A stretch of 63,657 bases of DNA, the filler included, from Chiloscyllium plagiosum (taxonomy: Eukaryota), in the NCBI RefSeq assembly GCF_004010195.1. It is 4 parts of one record of this genome, joined end to end, with 100 filler letters (N's around TTAATTAATTAA, not from the genome) between each part and the next. Parts side by side here need not be neighbours in the genome. Positions count along the whole stretch, not along the records: positions 12,560 to 27,253 come from NC_057713.1; 3 more parts are not named here. One strand, written 5' to 3'. Below are positions 13,089-25,730 of this stretch, piece by piece. The notes beneath the pieces are model-generated. The model was given only the letters and a program-made list of their open reading frames with translations. It searched no databases and was not told the origin of the DNA. Within the stretch, counting starts at the first letter, position 1. Each line of letters opens with the position of its first letter. Both the position numbers and the translations under genes were made by a program.

Positions 13089-13337
13089 AGATTACTTACA
13101 GTGTGGAAACAGGCCCTTCGGCCCAACAAGTCCACACCGACCCGCCGNNNNNNATGGCCAATTCACCTGACCTGCACATCTTTGGACTGTGGGAGGAAAC
13201 CGGAGCACCCGGAGGAAACCCACGCAGACACGGGGAGAACATGCAAACTCCACACAGTCAGTCGCCTGAGGCGGGAATTGAACCCGGGTCTCAGGCGCTG
13301 TGAGGCAGCAGTGCTAACCACTGTGCCACCGTGCCGC
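13087..13337 (-). mobile_element. Young HE1/V-SINE inserted in the CR1 tail
   Basis: Near-identical to 30719-31027; the CR1 attgtct tail resumes at 13340. Confidence 0.9.
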
Positions 13338-14455
13338 GCATTGTCTATTGTCTAAAAGTGAATCAAAATAATAATAATATTCAACTGAAATGTAATAACT
13401 GTGAGAAATCTAGAAGTAAATCTAGAAATAAGCCTGAATCTCAGGAGCAGCTGTAAGATCCACACTTCTCTCAGTCCACCATTTTAGAATCGTTATGAAA
13501 TACACCCCAAATTCAAAAAGGGATTGGGTAAATATTTTAAGGTGAAAAATCAGTACAATGCAAAACTGACCTTGCTAGGGTTTAAAGGAGGATACTTGAT
13601 CAACACTATCCCTATGAGGATCAAAATTATGGTAGAGCAATTTTGAGCATATTTTCCCTACCTATGCTTCCTCTCTAAACTCCAAAATATGACACAAGGT
13701 TCCTGTTTTAAGGAAATTTAAGGATCTCCCAGAAAAGTCTCAAAGGGCAGCCAGCATTTTGTTTTAATTCTGAGAGTGTTAGGCTGCAGTCTATGAATTT
13801 AGCTTTTTGTCCCTTTTCCAAATCACTTGCATACTTCAGAAGGCCAGTATTGTTAGATTTCTTGCTGACTTCTTGTTAGTATATTTTTAAATTTTGGTTT
13901 GGAGCAGTGAACTGTGAAAGAAGATTTATAGAGAAGAGAGAAACAAACAAAGCTTGCTTATTTGTGAGGCCAAGTTTGTAAGTTTTTCTGGTTGCTTCTT
14001 GATCAAAGGATTCTACAGTCTCTTCAACACCTAGGAAAGTAGCATGTATAAATAGGTAGAAGATATTTGGCCATTAACAAGGTCAGTACCGGGGAATTTG
14101 TGCTGGCAAGTCTGCGAGAGAACATGATGGTCAAACAATGGGAGAGTTTGGGATTGTGAACTGTTTTGAATTGGAGTTTTTGAGAGAGGGAGTTTGAAGT
14201 TTCAGCATGAAGATTTGAAAGCTACTACCTGACTAACCTCCCAGAATCAGCTATTGGAAGTTCAGAGAATAGGAAACGAGTAATAAATATTACTGTAAGT
14301 TCCTCAGAGTGAATGTCTTCAGAAAATCAACCAAGAAACATTCATATACACCTATGGAATAACATATCATGAAAACTGCTGAAGTAATTTGTACAATTTT
14401 GTTCCTTTTAAAAATTTAATTTATTCTTTAACTATGTTTGTTGGTCTTCACAGTT

Positions 14456-15505
14456 AACATCCTGGTAAAACCTTTTCTGCACCCTCTCCTTCTGGTATCC
14501 ACATCCTTCTGGTAGTGTGGTGACCAGAACTGTCTGCAATATTCCAAGTATGGCCTAACTAAAGTTCTATAAAGGTTGCAGTATAAATTGTTATCCTTAT
14601 ACTCAATGCCCCTTCTAATGATGAAAACAAATCTATTAAGGTTTGTCAGAGGATATAGATTAGTTGGGGCCAGGGGCAGAAAATAGCAAATGGAGTTTAA
14701 CCCAGACAAATATGAGGTAGTGCATCTTGGAAGATCGAGTACAGGTGAAAATTATCAGTGAATGGCACAACCCTCAGCAGTATTGATATGCAGAGGTAGC
14801 TGGGTGTCCAGGTCCACAGATCACTGAAGGTGACCGCATGTAGATATGGTCGTAAAAATGGCCTCTGGCATGCTTGCTTTCATGGGAAGGGGCATTGTGT
14901 CTTAGGTTAGGCAAGTTATGCTGCAGCTTTATAGAACTTTAGTTAGGACATTCTTGGAGTATTGCATACAGTTCTGGTCACCACATTATCAGAAGGATGT
15001 GGATGCTTTGGAGAGGGTACAGAAAAGGTTTACCAGGATGTTGCCTGGTATAGGGGATTTTAGCTATGAAGAAAGGTTGAACAAATTGGGTTTGTTTTCA
15101 CTGGAATGCAGGAGGTTGAGGGGTGGCCTGATAGAATTTCATAAGATTATGGATGGCATGGATAGAGTGCAAACTATGAGGCTTTTTCCCAGGATGCAGT
15201 GGTCAATTACTAGGGGACACAAGTTCAAGGTGCTGGGAGAAGTTTAAAAGAGAAGTGCAAGGCAAGTTTTTTCACATAAAGAGTGGTAAGTGCCTGGAAT
15301 GCATTGACAAAGAAGGTGATGGAAGCAGACACAATAGCAACATTTAAGAAGCACCTGGATATATACACTATACATGAATAGGAAGGAAATAGAAGAATTC
15401 AGGATCATGTAAGTGAGGAGAGTTTTCGTATAGAAGGGCAAAATGTGTTTGTGGAGGCTTGGAGGGCTGAAAGGCCTGTTCGGGTGCTGTATTGTTCTTT
15501 GTTCT
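14456..15505. mobile_element. CR1 3' fragment (+, about 14640-15505) preceded by an inverted piece (-, 14456-14630)
   Basis: ORF 14918-15247(+) and ORF 14428-14709(-) both carry LYRTLVR..LEYC.QFWSPHYQKDV. Confidence 0.8.
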
Positions 15506-16145
15506 TTATATTTGGGTTTAAATCATTAAAATTAACATGATAACTTTTTAAAAAAATAATTATGCTCCATTAAAGTCATTGTATTGATTAAGTCTTTTGT
15601 TTCAGCTACAAAGAATCGAATATTCACGAAGTCCGGGGTTGATTCTTCCAAAAATCTGTTTGGAACATTGAAATAAATTTTGAGGGTCTATGAAAGTTTT
15701 AGTTCCACTGTGATTCAATTTGGCTGACTGTCCTGTAGCAGTGTATACCTTTTCTAACTCAAAACCACGCCCATCTCCCTGTTAAGCCAGGTATACAGGT
15801 ATTCCCACTATGTGGACTTCCTATCCTTGACCTTTGCCCCAGTCTCTATCTGATTCAGATGACGTGGTAAAGGGTGGATGGAGATTTCACCATAGAAATC
15901 TCACAAAGTTGAAACCTGGAGTTTGCACACTGAAGTCCTGAAAGAGTTTGTGGCTATTCTGGAAAATTCCTGCAGAAAAGATGGTGAGGGTTCACAGATC
16001 AGCTGAGTAATTTCTACATTGTCAAATAGTGGTAGTGGTGTTTAGATCTCAATGAACAAAATGTTACAGAATGTAATGAATGGATTTAATATGTGATTTT
16101 AACACTGAAATGTTGTGTTTTCCCTCTTTTAAAAAAATGTGGCAG

Positions 16146-16300
16146 TCTTATTTTATCACATCCATGTGTTTACTGGTAATAAACCTGGAGCAGAGACAAA
16201 TGCCAATGTTTACATCAACATATTTGGTGAAAAAGGAGATTCAGGGAAACGGAAGCTGCACAAGTCTCAAAACAATCAGATAATCTTCCAAAAAGATCAG
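16146..16300 (+). CDS. RP1: Host gene exon B: N-terminal part of a PLAT repeat
   Basis: ggcag| acceptor, |gtaaca donor; phase-1 start joins exon A in frame (g+tc=Val); VLFYHIHVFTGNKPGAETNANVYINIFGEKGDSGKRKLHKSQNNQIIFQKDQ fits the PLAT 'Y.I.V.TG...GA.T.ANVYI.I.G..GD' motif. Confidence 0.85.
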
Positions 16301-16657
16301 GTAACAAAACAAAAGAGCAACATTAAATGCAAAGCATTTTGTTTGCATCATACTTCATTGCTTGATGTAATGGTGTCGTAATGTAGAAAGAACAGTAATT
16401 TGTTCAAATATTATTATTTAATATCTTAGAAGGAAAGACACTTCCAGGATGGAGAGGGACCATTTGGACCATTTGAATTCTTGTTTGAAGCATTTCAAAA
16501 TATTGTGTAGCTTTTTCTCCAAACTGTTGTACATACTTCTCTTTCAAAATTTTAGCTATTTTTCCCTTTAAATATGCACGAATGTCAGTCACAAATGACT
16601 TCATCTAATAAAGTATTGCATGCTTAAAGAAGAACTGCTGGGATAGGCTGTTCAATA

Positions 16658-16805
16658 TCATAGAATCCTTACAGTGTGGAAAAAGGCCGATCGGTCCAAC
16701 AAGTCCACACTGACCCTCCAAAGAGGGCAATTTAGTATGGCCAATTACTTAACCTGCACATCTTTGGTTTGTGGGAGGAAACTGGAGCACCCGGAGAAAA
16801 CCCAT
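16658..16805 (-). mobile_element. HE1/V-SINE fragment, internally deleted
   Basis: atagaatccttacagtgtgg...ggcaatttagtatggcc...actggagcacccggag. Confidence 0.75.
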
Positions 16806-17040
16806 ATCAGTTGAATTGTAAGTAGAGCTAAAACTACAGAATCAATGGCAAGCAACTCTTACAATACAGAATAAAATATTGTTGAAGAAGCAGCAAAAAC
16901 TACTAGAAATGTTTTTTGTGAAGCTCCTTCAGTGATATTTTGGCACTGAGAAAGTAAGTGATTAGAATGTTTTCCTTTTTCTTATGTTGACTTTATTTTT
17001 ATGTGTGCCCTTACTACAATATTAAGTTGAATGTTGTCTT

Positions 17041-18235
17041 AGTCATGGAGTCATAGACATGTTCAGCACAGAAACAGACCTTTTGGTCCAACTCATCTAT
17101 GCCAGCCAGCTATCCTAACCTAATCTAGTCCCATTTTGCCAGCATTTGGCGCATATCCCTCTAAACTCTTTCTATTTATATACCCATCCAGATACCTTTT
17201 AAATTTTGCAATTATACCAGCCTCCACCACTTCTTCTGGCACCCTCTCTCTGAAAACTTTGCCCCTTAGGTCCCTTTTATATCTTTCCCCTCTAACCCTA
17301 AATCTATGCCCTCTAGTTCTGGACTCCCCCCATCCCAGAGAAAAGACTTTGTCTATTTATTCTATCCATGCCCCTCATGAATTTATTTACCTCTATAAGA
17401 TCACCCTCGGCCTCCAACACTCTAGGGAAAACAGCCCCAACCCATTCAGCCTCTCCCTGTAGCTCAAATCCTCCAACCCTGGCAACATCCTTGTAAATCT
17501 TTTCTGAACTCTTTCAAATTTCACAACATCCTTCCAATAGGAAGGAGACAGAATTGTACACAATATTACAAAAGTGGCCTAACCAATGTCCTGTACAGCT
17601 GCAACATGACCTCCCAACTCCTATACTCAATACTCTGAACAATAAAGGAAAGCCTATCAAATGCCTTCTTCTCTATCCTATCCACCTGCAACTCTAATTT
17701 CAAGGAACTATGAACGTACACTCCAAGGTCTCTTTGTTCAGCAACACTCCCAAGGACCTTACCATTAAGTATATAAGTCCTGTTAAGATTTCCTTTTCCA
17801 AAGTGCAGCACCTTGCATTTATCTAAATTTAACTCCACCTGCCACTCCTCAACCCATTGGCCCATCTGATCAAGATCCTGTTGTAATCTGAGGTAACCTT
17901 CTTCGCTGTCCACTGCACCTCCAATTTTGGTGTCATCTGCAAACTTACTAACTATATCTCCTATATTCACATCCAAATCATTTATATAAATGATGAAAAG
18001 TAGTGAACCCAGCACCGATCCTTGTGGCCAACCACTGGTCAAAAGCCTCCAGTCTGAAAACCCTCCACCATCACCCTTTGTATTCAACCTCCCAGCCAGT
18101 TATGTATCCAAATGGCTAGTTCACCCTGTATTTCATGAGATCTAATCTTGCTAACCAGTCTCCCATGGGGAATCTGGTCGAATGCCCGTCCACATAGATC
18201 ACGTCCACCACTCTACCCTCATCAATCTCTTTGTA
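17041..18235 (-). mobile_element. CR1/HER1 LINE 3' part
   Basis: ORF 17566-18087(-) PQGSVLG.LLF.IYINDL...SKFADDTKIGG; (agtcatag)-type tail. Confidence 0.9.
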
Positions 18236-18734
18236 ATTCTTGTTGATGGCAATTCTTTTCATCTCTCATCTTGCATTCATGGGGTTAATAATGGGGATAA
18301 TAATAATTGCAAAGGTGTAATAATGTCTAGAGCAAGTTTGGAATGTGAACATCAGAACTGAGCTTTAATGGCAGGTCATGAAGCAGCATATATCATTACT
18401 GATCATCTCTCCCATCTCTTCATTCAAAATTGGGAAGAGCCTTTAGCCAAGAGATGATTATTTAAATAGAAATAACATGCAGCATTATGGGGAAAATGAA
18501 GGCGAATGTCACCAAATCATGCTGCTCATTCAGAGAGCAGATGCAGGCATGAAGAGTGAAATCTAATAGGTGAGACGTGTGGCAGATTCACGTGAGATGT
18601 TCAGTGAGTTAACATAAAGCTCATCTTGCTACATCCTTTACATTTATTTCAAAAGGTGTGGCGAGTTCAGAATTGAAGCATATTATTACTTGTTAAACAC
18701 CTTGTTAACAGCCCAATTCGCCATGGGTTGCAAG

Positions 18735-18864
18735 CCTGATGAAGGACTTTTGCCTGAAACGTAGATTTTCCTGCTCCTCGGATGCTGCCTGACCTGCTGT
18801 TCTTTTCCAGCACCACTCTAAACTTGACTCTGTTTTCCAGCATCTGCAGTCCTTGTTTTTACCT
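18735..18864 (+). mobile_element. Single-arm PLE 3' end starting at the hammerhead core
   Basis: cCTGATGAaggacttttgcctGAAACGTA then the same arm and tail (ccagcatctgcagtccttgtttttacct) as the 3345 element. Confidence 0.8.
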
Positions 18865-18910
18865 GCATACTTACAAAACCTACCATACAAACTAGCCATG
18901 TTGAATACTC

Positions 18911-19232
18911 AAATGGAAATCAGAGCAGATTCTTGCTTCATTCAAATCGTCACTTTCTCCAAAATAACTATATGTCAAAGAATGGGTATGAATATCTCAG
19001 GCAAGTTCCATGGAAACCAGCCAAACACATCTGATATGCCAGTCCCTAACAGGAGAAAGTGAGGTCTGCAGATGCTGGAGATCAAAGTTGAAATGGAAAT
19101 CAGAGCAGATTCTTGCTTCATTCAAATCGTCACTTTCTCCAAAATAACTATATGTCAAAGAATGGGTATGAACATCTCAGGCAAGTTCCATGGAAACCAG
19201 CCAAACACATCTGATATGCCAGTCCCTAACAG
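18911..19232. repeat. 142-bp direct duplication flanking a 38-bp PLE tail
   Basis: 18911-19052 equals 19091-19232 except one base seen (aatatc/aacatc); spacer 19053-19090 is largely the reverse complement of tail 29320-29352. Confidence 0.9.
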
Positions 19233-19365
19233 CCCACATGGAATATCTATGATCCGTTCCCAGGACATTTCTGCATTTCAGTGTTGCTGCTCAGGCTGTA
19301 CCACTAACTATCATTGGAATGCTGCAAGGAGAGAGAGTGCTCAGGGAAAAGCATCCAGTTCACAG

Positions 19366-19775
19366 ACGGGACCATTGGTTAGCACGGCTGCCTCACAGCA
19401 TCAGGGACCCGGATTTGATTCGCCCTCTGGCTGGATGGAATTTGCACATTCTCCCTGTGTCTACGTGGGTTTCCTCCGAGTGTTCTGGTTTCCTCTCACA
19501 ATCCAAAGATATGCTGGTGAGGTGAATTGGCCATGTTAAATTGCCCATGGTGTTCAGTGATGTGTAGGTTAGGTGCACAAAGTTAAAAATCACACAACGC
19601 CAGGTTATAGTTCCATATTTTGAAGCACTAGCTTTTGGAGCAATTGTTAGGTGCATTAGTCAGGGGTAAATGTAGAGTAGTAGCGAAATGGGTTTGCATG
19701 GGATACTCTTTGGAGGGTCGGTGTGTACCTATTGGGCTGAGGGGCATGTTCCCTCACTGTAGGGATTCTATATGA
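19366..19775 (+). mobile_element. HE1/V-SINE with a nested PLE terminal fragment (19578-19645)
   Basis: SINE body interrupted by aaagttaaaaatcacacaac...gcactagcttttggagca with TSD gttaggtgca at 19568-19577 and 19646-19655. Confidence 0.8.
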
Positions 19776-20289
19776 TACGATCATAACACTCATTCAGTCT
19801 GAGCCTACCTGGATGCTTACAGTATCCCTATCTTGGCTCACCTTTTTGTGATGGCACATCAGCCAGAGATACTAATGCAGACACAAGCACAGAAAAATTG
19901 TTATAGTTGTCAGCAGGTCTCATCAGGGTATCAGAATTCGGATCCTCTGCTGTCAAGTGGTGAGAAGCCAAATGATATGTAGCCAATATCCATCTTGACT
20001 CCTCTGACCTCCTATGGTTAATTTGTTTCTGGAATATGGGAGGGTCAAGTATTATGGGAGATGAATATGGGAGGCACAGCTGTTACTGTTGGTGCAGGTG
20101 GGGAGGTGTCCCAATAGAGTGAATAGGCTGTGCAGAGGATTTGCAGGGCTAGTAGTGTCAGGGTTATTATTGGTGAGGGTGAGTGAGGAAAATGTTACAG
20201 GAAATAGTGAGATTTATGGAATATCAGCCTGGCTGAGAGGTGGCTACAGCAGTAAAGATAGTGATTATGAGATATCGGAGAGAAGATGG

Positions 20290-20850
20290 TGTCATGTAGG
20301 TTGGCAAAGTTGAGAAGGTCATTGACCTCCTTCCTCCAGAGCTCAGCATCCAGCCAGACAGCTGAGATTGTTTTAAACTGGGTAGTAACTTCATGTCTGG
20401 TGTTGACTAATCATAGAAGAATCATAGAATCCCCACAGTGTGGAACAGGCCATTTGGCCCAACAAGTCCACACCAACCCTCTGAAGAGTATCTCAGCCAG
20501 ACCTATTCCTTTACCTTATTACTTTACATTTCCCCTGACTAATGCACCTAGCCTACACATTTCTGAACACTATGGGCAACTTAGCATGTCCAATTCACCT
20601 AGCCTGCATATATTTGGACTGTGGGAGGAAAACCACGCAGACACAAAAAGAATGTGCAAACTCCACGCATACAGTTGCCTGAGGCTGGAATCAAACCTGC
20701 ATCCTGGTGATATGAGGCAGCAGTGCTAACCACTGAGTCACTGGAGTAAGAGGAAGTCCTGCCTCTGTACCACCCCATCCAGCAGGATCTCTCGGACTCT
20801 TGCCTGCAAACTGCAGCAACAATTTTCCTGTCTGCCATGTCCATGTCAAG
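20290..20850 (-). mobile_element. Possible decayed Harbinger-type Myb/SANT-like coding remnant split by a SINE
   Basis: Minus-strand pieces read EILLDGVVQRQDFL (about 20745-20795) and ..EVNDLL (about 20312-20335), reminiscent of Harbinger Myb-like proteins; heavily decayed. Confidence 0.35.
20423..20742 (-). mobile_element. HE1/V-SINE
   Basis: Tail, V-domain and gaggcagcagtgctaaccactgag head in reverse orientation. Confidence 0.85.
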
Positions 20851-22217
20851 AACCGTGCAGGGTAACTTCAGACTGATGATACTAATCTGGGAGCAAAATG
20901 ACCTTTTAAAGATGGAACCTGTGCTATTGATACAGGTGAATTATGGGATTTCTGGTGAGTGGGGAGTAGCTCCATGAACACTGCATGGCAAAACCGGCCA
21001 TAAAATGTCTTTGGTGTTCACCATAGGGACAGGAACACCATTTAATATGACAATTTTGATAAGATGCAGGAAATAAACTCTCTCAATCTTGTGGTGAGAA
21101 ACACTTGCATTTAGCCAAAAAAATATAAGATTTATCCCAAAGAATTTAATGTCATTCTATTGCACCATATTGATTCCATATGTGATTCTAACAGGCAGTT
21201 TAGGATTTGTGAACTTATCTTACAATATTTCTATGTTAACTGTATTGATGTTTTGATTAGGAACCCATTCTCCAATTCCATTATTCTGCAAAGAAAAAGA
21301 ATCCTTTAAATGTCCTTAATTTTTGCAGCATATCATTCATTCGCCAGATCAGTTTAAAAATATGGATTACATGGCCTCTGATTCCTTTTCTAATGAAAAT
21401 AAGTTTAATCTTGAGTCTGGCTTCACACTTCTCTGAACATTTTTTTCAAAATCTCAGATTTTTACCCATTTGCCCTACCCAAAATTTCATTCTGAGCATC
21501 GCTTACACTGTGTAACTGATAATATGAATCCACCTCAAAAAAAAGATGCAAATGCTTGAGGTATGTAATGTGTTCAAGGTGTTCAATGCGCACTAATTCA
21601 GGCAGTGAATATGAAAGGAGACTAGAAGCCCTTACATTAGTAATATAACTTGAATGTTTGATCAGTATTTCTGCATCTCTTCCAAAATTGTTCAAGTTGA
21701 CCTCTGCCTGGTGCTACCTAACATTCTTGGCTTTCAGAGACCAGTTTTTCCTGCTTAGTGGCTCCAAACACCCCGAGCCCACCAACACCCGTACAATCCA
21801 TCCACTGTGGCTTTTATTCCCTGCTATGCTTTTGGCTGAATTTTATGTTGGTGATACTATCCCTGCAACCAGGCCCTATACTGTATGTGTATGTGTTGAC
21901 TCTGGGGTAGCCATTTCTGTTAAGTTCGGCAGCCTACCCTGAGAGTTGCTGATATTCAGAAGGAAAATAACTCAATGTCTTGCTGACCACTGCATCTGCA
22001 GACCGCAAACCAGCCTCAAAAATCATATAGATAGGACCTGGGAGAGTCAGGACCAGTCAGGCAGGCTTTGAAAGGAGAGGCATCAATTCCTAGTAAAGAC
22101 AGTGGTGTTACTTCTAAGACAACTATTGAGATAATATTATGGCTTCGAAAGGCTCAGGGTGGAGAGTCATTTAAATCTGGGTTTGAGGGGATGAGGACAC
22201 CTTTCCTACCCCATAGT

Positions 22218-22392
22218 TCACGTGGGGGATCCTAAGATGTGCAAGTCAGATGAATTGGCCATTCGAAATTGCCCATAGTGTTAGGTATATCAGTCAGAGG
22301 GAAATGGGTCTGTGTGGGTTACTCTTTGGAGGGTCAGTATGGACTGGTTGGGCCGAACGGCCCTGTTTCCACACTGTAGTGAATCTAATCTC
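22218..22392 (+). mobile_element. HE1/V-SINE 3' fragment
   Basis: aagatgtgcaagtcagatgaattggcc...ccctgtttccacactgtagtgaatctaatct. Confidence 0.8.
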
Positions 22393-23092
22393 AACTGAAG
22401 AGGCTGGCTAATTAAGGGCCATTCCTCCTCACTCCTACTTGTAGCAAAAGCATGCTGTGGCTAAATGAGAGAGATGCTATCAGCAAGCACCACTTCTTTA
22501 AGAAACCCCACTGCCTCCCCCCACCTTCCATTCTTTAAACCATCCCCCATTCTACTTATTGCCTGTGACCTAGGGGATCCATGGCTGCTTCTCTTCCACA
22601 CCTACTGATGGATAGGCAGTCTACTTCCTGACCTGCTCCACAAGGCTTGGGAACCCCAACACCATCAATTAAGTGGGTTTCCAATTGGCTTTTAATCATG
22701 GTAGGGTTGCCACGGTTCATGAGCCAATGGAAAGGCATGTTACCACGGCATGGCAGCCTACAGTATGTCTTAATGTGCAGAGATTGTAACTCATTTTTAG
22801 TAGAATTTCCTCTCCTTTTAAGTTTAATCATATTTATAGACTTCCATGTGATAACTATATTTATTAATTTGCCATCAGTCATTTTATTTATTGTTTACTG
22901 TGTTCTCCAGCTGGTTTATTGGCATTTAGGTTGCTTTTGTTTCTTGTAGCTCTAGAACACTTGGCTCAATACATTTCCTAATTTGGTCACAGACTGATAA
23001 ACCTCTTTTAGTTTCTTAACTTCAGTCTCTTACCTGGAATGCCCGATGATCTAAGTTTGTGCAGCAAACTTTCATGGGGAACTTTTCCAAAG

Positions 23093-23378
23093 ATTAGCAA
23101 GGCTGCCTCACAATGCGAGAGACCTGGGTTCGATTCCAGTCTTGGGTGACAGTCTGTGTGGAATTTCCCCCTTCTCCTTGTATCAATGTAGGTTTATGCG
23201 GGGTACTCCAGTTTCCTCCCGTAGCCCAAAGATGTGCAGGTTAGGTGAATTGGCCATGGTAACAATGAGGGGTTACAGTGATAAGGTGGGGGACTGTATC
23301 TGGGTGGAATGCTCTATGGAAGGTCAGTGCAGACTTGGTGAGCTGAATAGCCTCATTTCACACTGTAGGGATTCTTGG
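23093..23378 (+). mobile_element. HE1/V-SINE variant
   Basis: B box gggttcgattcc, V-domain, tail cacactgtagggattct. Confidence 0.8.
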
Positions 23379-24167
23379 ATTCTATGATCTCATTGAAACA
23401 TGCATGATTCTTAAGGGGCTAGACAGGATAAATTATGAGAGTATGTTAACCCTCATAAGAAAGTCCATTTGTAGAGGTCACAATCCAATTTAAGACTGAG
23501 ATGAGGAGGAATTTCTTCTTTTAAGGTTGTGAGTCTTTGCAGCTCAATGCCACAGAGAGCTATGGAGCAGAATATTTGTGTATATTTAATGCTGAGATAG
23601 ATTCTTGTGGTAGCAGCTTGCTGTGGAATCTCACCAGGGGCCCAGGAATTTTTATTTGGGGATTATAATAAGGCAGACTTGATTTAAGGAGCTTAGGTTA
23701 AAGGACCCCCTGGGGACAGGGATTATAATATGAGAGAATTCACCCCTTAGTTTGAGAGAGAGAAGCTGGAATTATGTAACGATATTACAATTGAGTAGAT
23801 GTAACTACAAAGTCATGAGAGACGGAACTAACTAGAGTTGATTGAAAGGAGAGCCTAGCATGGAAGACAATGCTGCAGCAAAGGCAGGAGTTTCTGGTGG
23901 TACCAGAACAGACACCATAGAAATCCATCCCAAGGAAAAAAGAACCATATTAAGGGAAAGATGAGGCAACCATGGCCTACAGGGGAATTCAGAGACACCG
24001 AAAAAGAAAAAGTATACTGTGTGATAGAGAGTAGTGGAAAGCTGGAGGATTGGGAAAACTAGCAAGAATGCCAAAGAAAAGTAATGGCGGGGGGTGGGGG
24101 TCGGGGAGGTGATTGAGATGAAAAATGAGAGTAAGCTAGCTATTAATATTAAAGAAGATAGTAGTTT

Positions 24168-24433
24168 CGATTAGATTCTCTACAGTGTGGAAACAGGCCC
24201 TTTGGTCCAACAAGTCCACACCGACCCTCCGAAGAGCAACCCACCCAGTCCCATTTCTCTCTGACTAATGCACCTAACACTATGAGCGATTTAGCATGGC
24301 CAATTCATCTGACCTGCACATCTTTGGACTGTGGAAGGAAACCAGAGCACCCAGAGGAAACCCATGGGGACAATGTGCAAACTCTACACAGACAGTTGCC
24401 CGATGCTAGAATTGAAGCTGGGACCCTGGTGCT
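24168..24433 (-). mobile_element. HE1/V-SINE
   Basis: ttagattctctacagtgtggaaacagg...tgcaaactctacacagacag...gggaccctggtgctg. Confidence 0.85.
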
Positions 24434-25730
24434 GGAGAAGTAGTAATGGGGAAGAAAGAAATAGTGGAAGAACTGAATGGTATTTTACATCAGTCTTCAC
24501 AGTGGAATACATCAGCGTCATATCAAAACTTCAAGAGAGTGAAGGGGCAGAGATGAGTGTCCATTGCTGTCACTAAGGAAAAGGTGTTTGGGAATCTGAA
24601 AGGAGTGAAGGTGGATAAATTACCTGAACCGGATTGTCTGCACTGAAGAAGTTGGCTGAGGAGATTATAGAGGCATTGGTTATGATATTTCAGGAATCAC
24701 TGGAGTCAGGGAGAGTTTGAGAGGATTGGAAAATGTCTAATGTAACATCCCTGCTTAAGAAGGGAAGTAGGCAGAAAACAGGAAACTATTGGCTGGTTAG
24801 TCTGATCTCAGTCAATAAAATGGATGAAATTATGGAGTACTTGGAATTGCATGGTAAAATATGGCTGAGTCAGCATGGCTTCATAAAGAGGAGGTCATGC
24901 CTGACATATCTGTTAAAATTCTTTGAGGAGGTAACAAGCAACTTAGATAAATGAGAGGCAGTGAATGTGATCTCTTTGGATTTCGAGAAGACCTTTGACA
25001 GGTTGTGCGACAGGAGGCTGCTAAATAAGATGAGTCAATAGTCTTAGGAGCAATTTATTGGTCTGGTTAGAGGATTAGCTGTTCAGTAGAAGACAGAGAG
25101 TGGGGATAAAAGAGTCATTTTCAGGTTGGCAGCTGGAGATTCGTGGAGTTCTGCAGGTGTCAGTAATAGCATCACAACAATTCATGTTATATATTAATAA
25201 TCTGGACAGAGGAACAGGAGGCATCGTTGCCAAGTTTGCATATGACGCAAAGATAAATGGAGGTAGTATTGAGTAAAGAGGGAGCTGCAGAAGAACTTGG
25301 ACAGCATAGAAGTGGTGGATAGGATAATAAGTTTAGGTATTTTGGTAGGAAGAATAGAGGCATTGACAATTTTCTAAATAGTGTAAGGTTTCAGAAATCT
25401 GAAATACAAAGAGTCTTCGGAGTCCTTGTTCAGGATTCTCTTAAGGTTCACATGTAGGTTCTCTTGACAGTTATGAAGCAAATACAATGTTCAAATTTAT
25501 TTCAAGAGGACTAGAATATAAGAGGCTGCGTAAGGCTGGGGTCAGACTGAGTTTGGCCAAGTCATTGAGTATATTTAAGACAGAAATGGATAGATTATTG
25601 ATTAGTAAGGGAAACAAGTGTTATGTGAAGAAGCCTGGAAATTGGAAGTGAAAAACTTATCAGCCATGATCGAACAGCAGATTGATGGACTAAATAACTT
25701 AATTCTGCTCCTATAATTTATGGTTTTATC
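24434..25730 (+). mobile_element. Degenerate CR1 ORF2 fragment
   Basis: NVTSLLKKG.RQKTGNY..VSL.S and SQHGF.K.RSCLT motifs (ORF 24733-24954), plus a KFAYD remnant. Confidence 0.8.

Noticed and set aside
13490..15720. Possible solo LTR interrupted by a CR1 (similar impression at 56790-57640)
   Set aside because: No clear TG...CA ends, TSD or second copy visible in the window.
18853..19539. ORFs sharing the peptide MEIRADSCFIQIV...
   Set aside because: Produced by the 142-bp duplication and run-through into a SINE; no splice or domain support.
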